The notes beneath the pieces are model-generated. The model did no database searches, was not told where the DNA came from, and saw only the letters and a program-made list of their open reading frames with translations. This document shows positions 62,401-64,000 of a DNA stretch of 64,000 nt, piece after piece. Origin of the DNA: the human T2T-CHM13v2.0 reference genome, Homo sapiens; NCBI RefSeq assembly GCF_009914755.1, contig NC_060931.1; one strand, given 5' to 3'. The position numbers and the translations under genes were made by a program. How positions within the stretch are numbered: the first letter of the stretch is position 1; every line of letters begins with the position of its first letter.

Positions 62401-64000
62401 TGAGTCCTCTGGACATTATGCTCATCTTGGCTGGTATCCTCCACTTCTTACCTAGTATCCCTAATGATCTCTTCCTTTCTCGTATTTAAGGACCCTTGAG
62501 TGATATCTTCTCGCTCCTGGTTATTTCTAGAGCCCTGAGCCGTGTCCAGTGAATACTGGTCTATCCCAATGTTGTCTGAATTTTTACTTTGATGATCACA
62601 GACTAAGAGGACACAAATATAAGGAAGTGGAATAAGATGGGCCATCAGTGGTACAAGGCACCAGGAAATCCAAAGATCCACTTGAGCATAAGACCAGTGA
62701 GAAAGTGCTGACAACAGAAAGCCCTTAAGTAATTGAGGCAGCTTCTCTGCCTCCAGCCAAAAGCATGGAATGAACCCCGGAACGTCATGCCTGGGCCTTG
62801 TAGGAAGGGCAAGGAAGGCAGGAACACCTGGCTGTGGTTCCTGTTGGTATTGAAACCAGACTGCTCCACGGAGCTCGCCTCTCACCTCTTTGCTTCTGTC
62901 TTTAGTGCTCCCAGCTGTAACGGACCCTAGTTGCATCCCTAACTTCCTTACCCCCAGGCCTCCACCTGTAACCTCTTCCCCAGCTCCCCCATCCCTGTAC
63001 CGGATAGGGAGCTTTCTTGATCCAACATTGACAATTTGCAGGGGCCAGCTCTAAGATGAGGCCCAGAGTACAGCAGAACACTCTAGCACAGATAGGTTCT
63101 AGCTAGGGAAAGCCACTTGCACAGACAGAGGAGATGTCAGAGCATGTTTTGTGGTAAGGACCCACTCTGCTTCTCACCCCAAACTCATAATTGGCAGGCT
63201 GTGGGTAAGGCTATGGGAGGGGGGTCGGGGGGAAACTATGACCTGGGCTGTGAGGGAGGGGTGATGAGGTTGTTCCCTGTGTTGTTCTTCCCTGTGTTGT
63301 TGCTATGGAAACCTTTGAGAATCTGATAAAAACTGTGAACCCTTAAGGTCCCTTTGTAAACCCACGCTTCATGATTGACAGGTAAGAGACCTTTGAGCTG
63401 GGGCATGTAAGATGGGGAGTGGGGTCAGATCTGGATTCCCATAGAAGACAAGGGTGGATGGGATCAGAACATGAGTGGAGGTGTCCATGATCTGGAAGGA
63501 AGAAAAGAGGGGGTAAATACACAGATATATAGGTGGAGATTGCGTCATATGACCTCCATTTCAAAGAAAAAGAGGTCATTTCCAGAAAAGAAGCAATTTT
63601 CTATGGGGAGCTCGTGGGGGCTAGAGAAATCCAGGAATGGCTGCTATTAAGTGTACGTAAAAAGAACACCCAGAAGTTAATAAAAGGCTTGCTAAGCAGC
63701 AGTAAGGGAATAGTTGAAGGAAAATACATTTTTAAAAGATTTTAGTATATCGGGCACTCATTTTAGTACATGGCTTTTCTTTGAAAATATATGTATATGT
63801 ATAAATGATGTATAACTTGAAGATAAATTGCTTTTTGATGGTATCCTGAGGCTTCTGGCATTGTTTTGTGAATACTCCATGAAAGCACTTGACTAAAAGG
63901 GAATAATCTCACTTGGAGAGAAACATATTAAGTAGGAATATATAATTAGTTCCTCTGACACCCACATATAACATTCCCCCTCGCTTGTCTCAAGATACAT
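59413..64000 (+). other. CALD1: Start of CALD1 intron 1 (continues beyond window)
   Basis: Follows the GT donor; the sequence I recall for the next exon is not present in the window. Confidence 0.75.

Noticed and set aside
62448-62936. 162-aa antisense ORF in CALD1 intron 1
   Set aside because: No recognisable domain, and not caldesmon sequence (CALD1 coding exons are outside the window).

Overview
Human (primate) genomic DNA, mostly non-coding and repeat-rich: 19 Alus, several MaLR/ERV LTRs, and old L1/L2/L3/MIR fragments. No intact protein-coding exon can be supported; the listed ORFs are chance or repeat-derived. At about 59.3 kb I recognise from memory the non-coding first exon of CALD1 (caldesmon, + strand), with a perfect CArG box CCAAAAAAGG upstream and a GT donor at 59413. 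The window is therefore about 59 kb upstream of CALD1 plus the start of intron 1, probably 7q33 on the BPGM side. Other identifiable elements are a 5'-truncated processed beta-tubulin pseudogene (tail and 3'UTR point to TUBB4B) split by a THE1 LTR, and a full-length MLT1A MaLR provirus with two LTRs, a TSD and internal ORF remnants. I see no evidence for a new multi-gene system. The most notable observations are structural or regulatory: a 5'-inverted (twin-primed) Alu, three local templated-insertion scars (about 300 bp copied into the provirus, 27 bp copied into an Alu tail, and a fold-back mosaic at 1.1 kb), a candidate upstream promoter at about 23.7 kb, and a triple ACGTGCA cluster at 47.3 kb. 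Repeat subfamily names and old-repeat boundaries are by eye and approximate.
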